Translations under genes and position numbers: made by a program
Notes under the pieces: model-generated
Told to the model about the DNA's origin: nothing
Database searches by the model: none
Seen by the model: the letters and a program-made list of their open reading frames with translations, nothing else
In this document: positions 1-8,851 of the stretch, in pieces
Layout of the letters: the number at the start of each line of letters is the position of its first letter
Position numbering within the stretch: position 1 is the stretch's first letter
Source of the DNA: Myxococcota bacterium
GTDB lineage: Bacteria > Myxococcota_A > UBA796 > GCA-2862545
DNA length: 27,696 nucleotides
Reading direction: 5' to 3'
Assembly (NCBI GenBank): GCA_039208735.1
Contig: JBCCQY010000122.1
Location: 1 to 27,696 of the forward strand

Positions 1-561
1 GAACAGTCCAACATGGCGAACCTGATCTCGGGCGAGGAGATGGACGCGTTTTCGGACCACGATCACACCCGCGGTGATGGAGAGGGGCGCTTCTCAACCG
101 AAGATCACCACCGCGATCGGGTCGAGGTGGGCTCCCTTCATCAACGACGGACCCCCGAACTCGCAGTCCGCTACAGCTCCCCCGTGATCTCCGAAGCCGA
201 GGCCACCACGAAAGTGCATGTGACCAATGAAGTCCTTGGGGCCGTGGTTCGTGCATTCGATGATTCCGAGGGGGCTGGCCGAGGCCGCGCCCTCGTTCAA
301 CTTCTTGTGACCGGAGCCCCCATCCGGTTTTCTGCCCTCCTTCGCGACCTGGTGGTTGACGAAACGGGCGCTCTGCCCGAGCGGCAGGTCCTGCACAACC
401 TCTTTGGCCGCCCGGCCGGAGAGCACCGCCAGCTCCTCAACGGCGGTCTCGTCGATCTCATCGATCGTGCGCTTTCTTCAGCTGCCGACGAGCTTCCTGA
501 AGAGCACCTCGACGAAGTCCTGACACAAGTTGCAGGTTACCGACAGCGCCTTGGCGTCTGA
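1..561 (+). CDS. Hypothetical protein, probably 5'-truncated by the window edge (acidic linker plus C-terminal helical domain)
   Basis: Frame is open from base 1 (gaa cag tcc aac ATG...) to TGA 559-561. Protein-like composition, no recognisable motif. Confidence 0.7.
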   Translation, partial: EQSNMANLISGEEMDAFSDHDHTRGDGEGRFSTEDHHRDRVEVGSLHQRRTPELAVRYSSPVISEAEATTKVHVTNEVLGAVVRAFDDSEGAGRGRALVQLLVTGAPIRFSALLRDLVVDETGALPERQVLHNLFGRPAGEHRQLLNGGLVDLIDRALSSAADELPEEHLDEVLTQVAGYRQRLGV

Positions 562-585
562 CTCACCGAGGATAGGACCTCTCCC

Positions 586-1521
586 ATGCTCCTGACCCTA
601 CTTTCGAGCCTCGTCCGTGCCGAACCCGGGGCCCTCGAAGCAGATGCTCCCGTTCCCGAGTTACCCCCTCGGGAAATTGTCGATCTGGGAGCGATTCCTC
701 CCGACATCGCTCAGATCGCACGCTCGGTGGGCCACCTTCCGCTGCCCGACCGGATGGCCCGCATTTCGGAAGCCATGCTCGGCAAACCCTACGTGAGCGA
801 CCCGCTCGGTGAGGGCCAGGGCATCGATCCTGACCCCATCGCCCGCTACGACGCATTCGACTGCCTGACGTTCACCGAAGAGGTCCTTGCCCTGTCCCTC
901 GCTGGCGATCCGGTGCAGGCTGCACAAATCCGCCGTGACCTGCGGTATGGGCCCGAGAACACCATCGCCTACGTGAACCGCCGGCACTTCATGGAGCTGC
1001 AGTGGATTCCCGGGGTGGTGCGGGACGGATGGCTCCGCAACACAACAGCCGAGTACGGGGATGTGATCCTTCTCGAAAAGGAAATCACGGACCAGACTTG
1101 GAACACGTGGCGTCCGCGCAAGCGGTTTGCCCACAAAGACGATGAGTTGCCGAAAGGCATGATGCGTCTTGAGGTGCTTCCGCTCGCCACCGCCCGCGAA
1201 GTCGCCGGCAAAATCCGGCCGGGAAGCGTCATCCTCACCGTTCGGTCGGACCGCCCGACGGTGCCCATCTGGGTCACCCACGTCAGCTTGGTGGTCCCCG
1301 GGCCCAATGGCAAGGCGGTGCTCCGTCACGCCACCAAAATCGGGAAGGGCGGCACTCGCGACCACGGCGTCGATTGGTACCTCGGACACCTCGAGTCCTA
1401 CACCAATTGGAAAGTGGTGGGCATTTCGATCCTGGAGCCCGTTGAACCGCTGGTACGCAGCGTGCCGAATCCAGCGACCGACGCCTCGGCCTCGACGGAA
1501 GGTGCCGACCGCACGCCGTAG
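586..1521 (+). CDS. DUF1460 / NlpC-P60-superfamily N-acetylmuramoyl-L-alanine amidase-like secreted protein
   Basis: LGKPY...FDCLTFTEEVLAL (catalytic Cys), RRHFM, VTHV (catalytic His) and LRHA motifs typical of DUF1460. AGGA SD upstream. The start is bounded by the in-frame TGA at 559-561. Confidence 0.85.
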   Translation: MLLTLLSSLVRAEPGALEADAPVPELPPREIVDLGAIPPDIAQIARSVGHLPLPDRMARISEAMLGKPYVSDPLGEGQGIDPDPIARYDAFDCLTFTEEVLALSLAGDPVQAAQIRRDLRYGPENTIAYVNRRHFMELQWIPGVVRDGWLRNTTAEYGDVILLEKEITDQTWNTWRPRKRFAHKDDELPKGMMRLEVLPLATAREVAGKIRPGSVILTVRSDRPTVPIWVTHVSLVVPGPNGKAVLRHATKIGKGGTRDHGVDWYLGHLESYTNWKVVGISILEPVEPLVRSVPNPATDASASTEGADRTP

Positions 1522-1607
1522 CGCGCAGGCAAGGCTTCGGGTACATTGCTGGGCGGACAATCGCGCGAAAGCGTTGGATGTCTGCACTGTCAAGGAGTCG
1601 GCGCGTG

Positions 1608-2480
1608 ATGAATCGCTACGGTGGGGCCGGAGTGGCCGGAGCCCTATTAGCGCTTGTGACAGGATGTTCCACCGGTCTCGAGGTTGCGACCGACCTCGGC
1701 ACCGTTCCCTTAGATACGGGCGTCGACAATCCGACCGCCCCAACCAACTTTGGTCCTGGCAACAATTCCAATCCCGATGGCAACCAAGCCCCCGTGGCGG
1801 ATGCCGGAGAGGACTTTTCGGCCATCGTGTCGAACGAGGTGTTTCTCGACGGCAGCAATTCGTTCGATCCAGATGGCGACTCTCTGACCTACACCTGGAT
1901 CCTTCAGCAACTCCCCCCGGGCTCGTCGAGCTTTCTCATCAACGAGACCAGGGTCGAATCTAGCTTTTTCATCGATCGCGCCGGTTCTTATCTCGTCGAA
2001 CTCGTGGTGAGCGACGGATTCGAAAGTTCACGTGACACCGTCGAAATCATGGCCGAGGTCCTCAACTCCGGACCTGTGGCCGTCGCGGGACCCGACCAAA
2101 ACGTCCGCATCGGCGAGCAGGTGTTGTTGTCGGGCGGCGACAGCTACGACCCCGACGAAGAACCCATCACGTTCGAATGGGAGTTGGTGTCGGTGCCTCC
2201 GGGCAGCTCGGCATCGTTGTCGACCCCCTCCTCGTCGGTCACCACCTTCATTGCCGACCGCACCGGCACCTACACCGCTGAGCTCGTGGTGACCGATGGC
2301 AATGACTTTTCGGCCCCCGATTCGGTCACGATCTTTGCGTCCGAAACTGGCGGTAGCGGCGGCGCCAATGGATGCCTGTCGTGCCAGGGCACCACGCTCA
2401 CGAGCGGTGGCGTGGCGGGTGGGTTTGGCCTGGCCGGCCTGCCCCTTTTGCTCCTGTGGGCGACTCGCCGACGTCCCTAG
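1608..2480 (+). CDS. Lipoprotein with two PKD/K319L-like Ig-fold repeats and a MYXO-CTERM-like C-terminal sorting signal
   Basis: AAGGAG SD at 1592-1597 favours GTG1605 or ATG1608 over 1578. Lipobox LVTG-C. Two repeats of PVAxAGxD...LxGxxSxDPD...YxxELVVxDG. Tail GCLSC...GLAGLPLLLLWATRRRP. Confidence 0.85.
   Translation: MNRYGGAGVAGALLALVTGCSTGLEVATDLGTVPLDTGVDNPTAPTNFGPGNNSNPDGNQAPVADAGEDFSAIVSNEVFLDGSNSFDPDGDSLTYTWILQQLPPGSSSFLINETRVESSFFIDRAGSYLVELVVSDGFESSRDTVEIMAEVLNSGPVAVAGPDQNVRIGEQVLLSGGDSYDPDEEPITFEWELVSVPPGSSASLSTPSSSVTTFIADRTGTYTAELVVTDGNDFSAPDSVTIFASETGGSGGANGCLSCQGTTLTSGGVAGGFGLAGLPLLLLWATRRRP
1782..2333 (+). repeat. Two tandem ~90-aa PKD-like protein repeats (about 1782-2048 and 2064-2333)
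   Basis: NQAPVADAGEDF...SFDPDGD...PPGSS...DRAGSY..ELVVSDG aligns with NSGPVAVAGPDQ...SYDPDEE...PPGSS...DRTGTY..ELVVTDG. Confidence 0.85.
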
Positions 2481-4369
2481 CCTGCAGCGTCTTGCAGCCA
2501 CGTGCGAGCGGCATCGGTCAGTGCCGTTAGCGCGCTGTCGACGCCTGCGCGTCCTGCATCATCCAGGCCCGAGCGCCCCTGAACCTCAGCGTAGATCTTG
2601 AGCTTCGGCTCGGTGCCTGAAGGACGTAGCAGCACCCGAGCCCCCACATCATGCTCGCCGCCGACAAGATCGTAGCAGAGCATGTTGCGTGACGCCCGGT
2701 CCGACGCGCTCTTGAACGGGCCAAAGCGGCCGGTCTCATTCCAATAGTCGCGTGAGCCCTGAACCGACCGTCCTGCAAACACATCGGGCGGGGACTGCCG
2801 CAGCCGTTCGAGCAGGGCTCGCATGGCCCCTGCGCCCTGGGCTCCCTCGAACCGAAGCGCGACCTGGCCGTTCACGACGTAGCCATGGGTGTCTTGCAGC
2901 CTACGCAAGACATCGATGAGCGTCTTCCCTTGGGCCTTGGCCTGGGCTCCCCGCACGGCCAGAGCCACGGCCCCACCCGCGGCGTCCTTGTCCCGGATGC
3001 GATCCGTGACCAAGACCCCGTGGGATTCCTCGCCCGCCGCGGCAAAGCGAACGCTTCCCGACGCGATGCCCTGCCACTCACCGGTGTCTTCGAGCGTACC
3101 AAGGCCGTCTGCGACGTATTTGAACCCGACCAGCAGGTTGTCGACGACCGCCGCCCCATGCGATTCAGCAACGGCACGCACCAAGCGCGACGTCACTTCG
3201 GTGACGATGACGAGGGGCCGATGTCCTGCGGCGGCCAACGAACGACAAGTCTGGTCGGCCACCAGGACCGCGATGTCATTGCCCGACAGATGGACGAAGC
3301 CCCCTTCGTGCGCCACCTCACACCCCAATCGGTCCGCGTCGGGGTCGGTGCCAAACACGAGATCCTGACCTTGCGCGGCGGCCAACGCGTGGGCCATGGC
3401 CTCAGGCTTCTCCGGGTTGGCCACGCCTTCGGGGACGGTGGGAAACGCCCCATCGGGGGTCGCCTGCCCCTCGTGAATGGCCACCGTGAAGCCGGCCGCA
3501 GTCAAGGCCTCATGGACCAGTCCCACCCCATGCAGCGGGGTGTAATAGGCCTTGAGGGCACGCAAGGCCCCTTCATCGACCGCCTCAGGCCCGCGCCCCG
3601 CTTCAGCCACCGTCTGGATGTAGGCGGCATGGGTTGCGTCATCGAGCCAGCGCAAATGGGGTTGCGCGGCCTCCCACGACAGGCTTTCGACCTTCTGGAC
3701 GGCGTTCACGATGTCGAGCAAGGCCTGATCTTGAGGAGCGACCAGCTGCCCCCCCTTTGCGTCATAGACCTTGATGCCGTTGTCGTCGGGGGGATTGTGG
3801 GACGCCGAGAGGTTGAGCCCGCCCTGCGCTCCGAGGGTTCGAATCGAAAACGAAAGTTCGGGCGTCGACAAGTATCGGGCGACGCCCCGTGCCAGCAACC
3901 ACACCGTGATGCCATTGGCGGCGTAGATGCGGGCTGCATGCTCCGCGAGATCCCGCGAAGAAACATCCTGCAACACCCCCGCATGACCGCCGTACCGCCC
4001 CGCGACATCGACAAACCGGCGCACATCATAGGCAATGACCACCGATAGATCGGCGTCGCCGTGCTGCTTCCGCAGCCAGTCCGCGTGACCCTGCACCGAA
4101 GTGCCTACGGTATGGGGATTGAGGCGGTTGGGGCCCACCCCCACACGACCGCGACGTCCTCCGGTGCCAAAGGGAAGCACCTGGCGAAACGCATCGGTCA
4201 GTTCGTCGAACTCCCCGCGCGTCACCAGCGTCTCGATGAGAGGTCGGTAGTCTGCGTAGCGGTCGTCGGTCCACCAGGTCTGCAAATGGTCCAACGCACG
4301 GGCCCGAATGTCATCGGGTACGTCCACACGTTGCAGTCCGGCCTTCGCACGGTCGATCACGTCCGTCAT
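2477..4369 (-). CDS. Phosphoglucomutase/phosphomannomutase family alpha-D-phosphohexomutase
   Basis: FGTGGRRG, catalytic SASHNP, metal loop DPDADR, sugar loop GEESHG and RPSGTEPKLKIY. The ATG overlaps the stop of the upstream gene (4366-4369). Confidence 0.93.
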   Translation of the reverse strand: MTDVIDRAKAGLQRVDVPDDIRARALDHLQTWWTDDRYADYRPLIETLVTRGEFDELTDAFRQVLPFGTGGRRGRVGVGPNRLNPHTVGTSVQGHADWLRKQHGDADLSVVIAYDVRRFVDVAGRYGGHAGVLQDVSSRDLAEHAARIYAANGITVWLLARGVARYLSTPELSFSIRTLGAQGGLNLSASHNPPDDNGIKVYDAKGGQLVAPQDQALLDIVNAVQKVESLSWEAAQPHLRWLDDATHAAYIQTVAEAGRGPEAVDEGALRALKAYYTPLHGVGLVHEALTAAGFTVAIHEGQATPDGAFPTVPEGVANPEKPEAMAHALAAAQGQDLVFGTDPDADRLGCEVAHEGGFVHLSGNDIAVLVADQTCRSLAAAGHRPLVIVTEVTSRLVRAVAESHGAAVVDNLLVGFKYVADGLGTLEDTGEWQGIASGSVRFAAAGEESHGVLVTDRIRDKDAAGGAVALAVRGAQAKAQGKTLIDVLRRLQDTHGYVVNGQVALRFEGAQGAGAMRALLERLRQSPPDVFAGRSVQGSRDYWNETGRFGPFKSASDRASRNMLCYDLVGGEHDVGARVLLRPSGTEPKLKIYAEVQGRSGLDDAGRAGVDSALTALTDAARTWLQDAAG

Positions 4370-5253
4370 GGCGTCGCCTTCTCCTCGGCTTCGAGCGGGG
4401 AATAAGGGCGCAAGACCGAGCTGTCGGTCCAGGCTCCCTCCAGTGCGATGCGGTAACGACGGATCCGCGAGTGCGCTGTTGCATGCTCGGCTCGCTGGAC
4501 CGCCTCAAGGGCTCGTGCGGTACGACCATGGATCTCGTGGAAGACCGCAAGATCGTGATGGGCTCGTCCGTGAACGGCCGCCGGCGCCGAGGGGTCATTC
4601 ACGACCGTTTGCCAGGTCGCGGCGGCGGCATCCCAATGGCCCTCCCGGACCGCCTGCGAGGCGAGCCTCAACCTGGGATCCCCACGTTTGAACCACGGGC
4701 GCCTGACGCGTCCCCTCGAGCGCACGAACCGTCGAGCAAGTACCTGACCGCTGGCGACCCTTAGCTCCTCAAGCAGACCCTCTGGGAGCCCGGCTCGGGC
4801 ACGCAACGCCTCGGTCGCCCCTGCGGTTCGAGCTCCCGCCACGGTCACCGGGCCAACGGACTCCACGACCTGGCCGTCACATCGCTCCAATTTCCACGTC
4901 AGGTGAACGCGCCCCTGCCAGGTCAGGCTCACCCACGGATCCGCGATGGCCTCTTGCCGAACCTCGCCAGAGGGCAACACGAACCGCATGGGCTTGGTTG
5001 AGACCGCACTTTCGAGTTCCCGCTCTTCGGAGCGCACCCCGAGCAAACGCAAGATCCCACCGTCGGGGCCACAGCGTTCGCTAAGCCACCCGGCCACCGC
5101 AAGCGTCTCTCGGAGGGACCTTGCCACGTCGTCGGTTCCGGGCGAGGCCTCGACCACGAGCGTCCGCAGACGCTCGGAGACCACATCCGGCCGCGTTGAC
5201 CATTCCACCTCAACCCGAGGGACGCACGCGAGCGTCCCTACGAGCCAGATCAC
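4366..5253 (-). CDS. Hypothetical lipoprotein with C-terminal TPR-like helices
   Basis: GTG at 5253 overlaps the TGA of the upstream gene (GTGA, 5250-5253), giving MIWLVGTLA-C. Alternative TTG start at 5277. The C-terminal segment WDAAAATW...AHHDLAVFHEIHG...AL is TPR-like. Confidence 0.7.
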   Translation of the reverse strand: MIWLVGTLACVPRVEVEWSTRPDVVSERLRTLVVEASPGTDDVARSLRETLAVAGWLSERCGPDGGILRLLGVRSEERELESAVSTKPMRFVLPSGEVRQEAIADPWVSLTWQGRVHLTWKLERCDGQVVESVGPVTVAGARTAGATEALRARAGLPEGLLEELRVASGQVLARRFVRSRGRVRRPWFKRGDPRLRLASQAVREGHWDAAAATWQTVVNDPSAPAAVHGRAHHDLAVFHEIHGRTARALEAVQRAEHATAHSRIRRYRIALEGAWTDSSVLRPYSPLEAEEKATP

Positions 5254-5900
5254 CAGTCGCCGTCGCAGGTTCCACAATCAACGTCAACAAGCCGCCAGCG
5301 CCCCTTGCCCTCTTCGTCAGAGAACTCGATGGTGGCGGCGCCGTTGCCCCGCGCCACCAACCAGGTGCCCAACACGGGATTCGGCGAATCGACCGAGCTG
5401 CTGGCGATCGCAAACGAGCCACACTCGTTCCAGCCTTGCGCGAAGTTGGTGTCGCAAGGCACAAGCCCCCCGAACGTCGACGTCCAGGTACGGCCCGCCG
5501 ACACCGTCTCGACCATCTCGTCGAGCTGCATGGTCGGCCTCGCAACCTGCAAAGGAGGCGCGAAGGTCGTGTTTCCGTCGGGCGAGATGACGGTGTGAAT
5601 GCGCACCCCGAGACCCGGCGTGCTCGACCAGCGAATGCGGTAGCGCTCGAAGTCTTCGCACTTTGGGTCGTTGTTGACGCAAACTTCGTTGTAGGACACC
5701 GTGTAGACCGCGATCGAATCTTCGATATCGGGCTTGCCTTCGAGTTCGGCCACGAGCTTGTAGGGCAGCGTGCGGTCGCTACTGACGTATTCCCACACCC
5801 GCCCCTGCTCGAACGGGAACATGTTCCAGACCGTGACCCCGTCAAAGACGACCGTCGAGTCACAGCCGAAGAGGAACGGGGCGATCAGGATGGGATTCAT
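5250..5900 (-). CDS. Hypothetical beta-rich, Cys-containing lipoprotein
   Basis: GGAGG SD just upstream of ATG5900. MNPILIAPFLFG-C lipobox, then FPFEQGRVWEY. Six further Cys, including a terminal CGTC. Confidence 0.7.
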   Translation of the reverse strand: MNPILIAPFLFGCDSTVVFDGVTVWNMFPFEQGRVWEYVSSDRTLPYKLVAELEGKPDIEDSIAVYTVSYNEVCVNNDPKCEDFERYRIRWSSTPGLGVRIHTVISPDGNTTFAPPLQVARPTMQLDEMVETVSAGRTWTSTFGGLVPCDTNFAQGWNECGSFAIASSSVDSPNPVLGTWLVARGNGAATIEFSDEEGKGRWRLVDVDCGTCDGDW

Positions 5901-6036
5901 CGAGCCTCCAGACCGCCGGTGTAGCACCTCGACGGGGCCCTTGGCAACGGCAACGTGAAGGTCACGGGGCGTTTTCACCCCCATCGACAGATCGCGACAC
6001 GTTCCTCCGGGAGCCTCTGTCGGCGCACCGGGCACA

Positions 6037-7767
6037 TCAGGGAAGATTCACCCGCCAAACCTGGGATTTGCTACCCCGCATGTACTGACCCTCGAGCACC
6101 TGACCGCTGAGCTTTCCACTAAAGACAAGGCGCGAACTAGGCGAACGAAGAAGGAGTTCCCGACTCGTCGGGTCAAAGGTTCCCTCAAGCGCTTCGACCC
6201 GCGGGGACCCTAAGCCCACCAGCGGCAGGAACACGGCGTCTGCAACAACGCGACCTCCGTTGGAAACGGTCACGCGAAGCTCAAAGGGTCTCCCATCGGC
6301 TTCGCCCTCGTACGTTCCGATGGGCAACGACGGTCCTTCGGGAACCGGGGCCGGCCCTTCGACGTCCTGTGGCGCGGTCTCCTCCGCAGGAACGGCCACG
6401 CGCATGGGACTCGGCTCACTCCCCTCTTCCTCGGCAGCTTCTTCCGGGGTTTCCGTCCCCTCTTCGGGAGCTAGCACCTCGATGAGCTTGGGTTCAACGG
6501 TGGGGGAGGGCTTAGGGGCCGCGGTCGCCTCCGGAAACGCAAGCGGAGGATGCGCGGGAGCGGGAATGATGGCGGGCGAACCCTTTTGCGCTTCAACCTC
6601 GGCCTTCACAGGGGGAAGCGGTTTGGGCGAGGGAGGAGGTTCGACCACCGTGACCACGTTGGCCTTGGCGGCTTTGGCGGCCTCGCGCGCCTTGCGAGAC
6701 TCGAGGACGGGCTGGGTGAGCAGCGCCGTGACGACAACGGAGGCCAGCACGGAGCCCAGGACCGCCAAGACCGCAACGGGGCCTGCGGTACGCGGGGGGT
6801 CAGAAGCAGGCTCTGTAAATGGCGGGGTGGTTTCCTGGCTTCGGACCATGGCATCGGCAGAAGGATCCGAGGGGTAGGTGCTCGGGTCGAGCGCCAAAGG
6901 CACCGGCACGAGGTCGGGCGCCGCCGACAACGACGGATGGGACTCGATCCCGAGTGCCTTGGCAAACGCGCGTGCATCATCGAATCGAGCGTCGCGTTCA
7001 GGTTCCAGCGCCTTGGAGATCGCGTTCCAAACCTCGACGGAAACATCCTCCAGGGGTGGAGGACGGCGATCGATGGTGGCGGTCAGCTCGATTTCGGAGC
7101 CGTCCGGTGGTGCGTACGCCCGTCGGCCCGCAATCATCTCGTAGAGAACAGACCCCAGCGCGAACACATCGGTGCGCACGTCGGCCGATGCGGAATTACG
7201 CACTTGCTCGGGCGGCATATACCCAGGCGTCCCCATGGAAATGCCCGTTCGGGTGTTGGGACCGAGCCCATCCTCGACCACCTTAGCTAGCCCAAAATCC
7301 GCCACCTTGGGCACCCACCCTCCGGGCGCTCGGGCAAGCAAGACATTGGCCGGCTTGAGGTCTCGGTGGAGCACCCCTGCATCGTGAGCGTGAGCCACCG
7401 CGGCGAGCACTGGCGCAAAGAGACCCAGGGCATCGGGAACCGACAGCGCACCGTGATGCTCGAGGAACTCTTCGAGCGAGGGTCCTTCGATGAACTCGAG
7501 CAGCAGGCCCACGCGCCTTTCGATCCGAACCACATCGGTCACCCGGACGATGTGGGGATGGGTGAGCTGCGCCTGAATGCGCCCTTCGAGGAGCAGCCGC
7601 TCCGTCAGGCTCTTCCGATTCCACGTGAGCAATTTGAGCGCATGTACAGAGCCGAGTTCGAGATGTCGAACGCGGTACACCTCCGCCAACCCGCCCAAGC
7701 CCACCAAGGCTTCGACGGAGTAGCGGTCGCCCACCACCATACCGAGATCGAGGCTTGCCTCATCCAT
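6037..7767 (-). CDS. Membrane-anchored Hanks-type Ser/Thr protein kinase (kinase, TM, Pro/Glu-rich linker, small beta domain)
   Basis: GLGGLAEVY, ALK, HRDLKPAN, DFGLAK, GTPGYMPPEQ and DVFALG. TM segment VAVLAVLGSVLASVVVTALL. ATG7767 overlaps the end of the upstream gene at 7760. Confidence 0.93.
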   Translation of the reverse strand: MDEASLDLGMVVGDRYSVEALVGLGGLAEVYRVRHLELGSVHALKLLTWNRKSLTERLLLEGRIQAQLTHPHIVRVTDVVRIERRVGLLLEFIEGPSLEEFLEHHGALSVPDALGLFAPVLAAVAHAHDAGVLHRDLKPANVLLARAPGGWVPKVADFGLAKVVEDGLGPNTRTGISMGTPGYMPPEQVRNSASADVRTDVFALGSVLYEMIAGRRAYAPPDGSEIELTATIDRRPPPLEDVSVEVWNAISKALEPERDARFDDARAFAKALGIESHPSLSAAPDLVPVPLALDPSTYPSDPSADAMVRSQETTPPFTEPASDPPRTAGPVAVLAVLGSVLASVVVTALLTQPVLESRKAREAAKAAKANVVTVVEPPPSPKPLPPVKAEVEAQKGSPAIIPAPAHPPLAFPEATAAPKPSPTVEPKLIEVLAPEEGTETPEEAAEEEGSEPSPMRVAVPAEETAPQDVEGPAPVPEGPSLPIGTYEGEADGRPFELRVTVSNGGRVVADAVFLPLVGLGSPRVEALEGTFDPTSRELLLRSPSSRLVFSGKLSGQVLEGQYMRGSKSQVWRVNLP

Positions 7768-8680
7768 CGTCACGCCGCCGTTGCACGAGGGTCTGTAGGC
7801 CTGCGCTAAACGAGAGCACATCCGAGGGATTGTTGACGGCTGCGATCGTCCGCAAGATGGTGAAGGACGCGGACAGCGCCCTCGGGCCACGGACGACCGC
7901 GGTTGCTCCCACCCGCATGTTCAAGACACGCAAGACGCCAAGCCGGTCTCGGTCCGTCAGGTCGACCTCATCCCAGTCCAGACCATTGGGACGCCAGAGC
8001 AGGGTTGCTACCGGACCAACGACCACTCGCCGTGAACCAAACACCGCCTCGGCATTGGCGCCGAGTTCAGCCCCCGGCACCGAACCCGCAAACCCCGGGA
8101 AGTTGCGGGTCGTGGGAAACCGGTAGCGCCCTGTGACATCGAGGAATCCGCTCCAGTACCCCTGGTCCCCAACCCGTCCGGTACGCCCTGCGGTGATGAA
8201 TCCGCCGAGGTCGAGCGCCCCTTCCCCCGCGTTGGTGATGCGCTGACGCGTGGCCAGGGTGAAGTCGCCGGCACGAATCTCGGGGCCGATGGCCAGGCTC
8301 AACGGTGCACCGAACAATTCATCGAGGAGGAGCAGCTTGCCGCGGAACTCCAACACCCCCACCGTCGTCGTGGTCTGGCAGGCGCCCAATCCGAGAATCT
8401 CACAAACCGCGGTGTCCGTCCGATTGGCCTGAATCCGCCACCACGGCAGGATGCCCTGCAGCTCGAAGTGGCGCGTGATGCCAAGGGTGACAATGCCCTT
8501 GAGCCCAAAGGACGAAAGCCCCTCCCCCACGTCGATGACGTCGCGCTCGCCACCCACCTGTATGGCCAGGCGCTCGAGCCGTTGGGACTCGGCGCCCACG
8601 TAAATTGAGGCATTGCCCTCGCCGACCACCCACGGACCGGACCCCGCGAGGGCACTGGAGGCTGTGAAAATGAGCCACAT
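7760..8680 (-). CDS. Hypothetical exported protein, probable outer-membrane beta-barrel
   Basis: GGAGAG SD 5 nt before ATG8680. Signal peptide ending ALA-GSGPW. Many alternating amphipathic beta segments (FELQGILPW, LDVTGRYRF, LSFSAGLQ). Confidence 0.65.
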   Translation of the reverse strand: MWLIFTASSALAGSGPWVVGEGNASIYVGAESQRLERLAIQVGGERDVIDVGEGLSSFGLKGIVTLGITRHFELQGILPWWRIQANRTDTAVCEILGLGACQTTTTVGVLEFRGKLLLLDELFGAPLSLAIGPEIRAGDFTLATRQRITNAGEGALDLGGFITAGRTGRVGDQGYWSGFLDVTGRYRFPTTRNFPGFAGSVPGAELGANAEAVFGSRRVVVGPVATLLWRPNGLDWDEVDLTDRDRLGVLRVLNMRVGATAVVRGPRALSASFTILRTIAAVNNPSDVLSFSAGLQTLVQRRRDDG

Positions 8681-8851
8681 ACGGTCTCTCCATCGACGTC
8701 GCGGGTAGGTGGATTGAACACGCCGTGCGATCGGATCGCAACCGTGGGCACGGACGTCCGACGGTTCAGGACATCCCGACACGAAGCCTGCGCGATCGTT
8801 GCCCGAACGACACTGTAGTCATGGTTACGCCTAGTCTATCGGAGGATCCGC

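Noticed and set aside
13..1521. ORF1 and the DUF1460 gene are in the same frame, separated by a single TGA (possible readthrough or selenocysteine fusion)
   Set aside because: The second gene has its own SD and signal peptide, the first ends in a plausible C-terminus, and no SECIS-like hairpin is evident after the TGA.
5901..8782. Extended N-termini given by the ORF track (6035, 7890, 8782; likewise 1578, 9417, 19628, 22074, 25184)
   Set aside because: Downstream starts have SD sequences or stop/start coupling and coincide with family N-termini. The extensions look non-coding.
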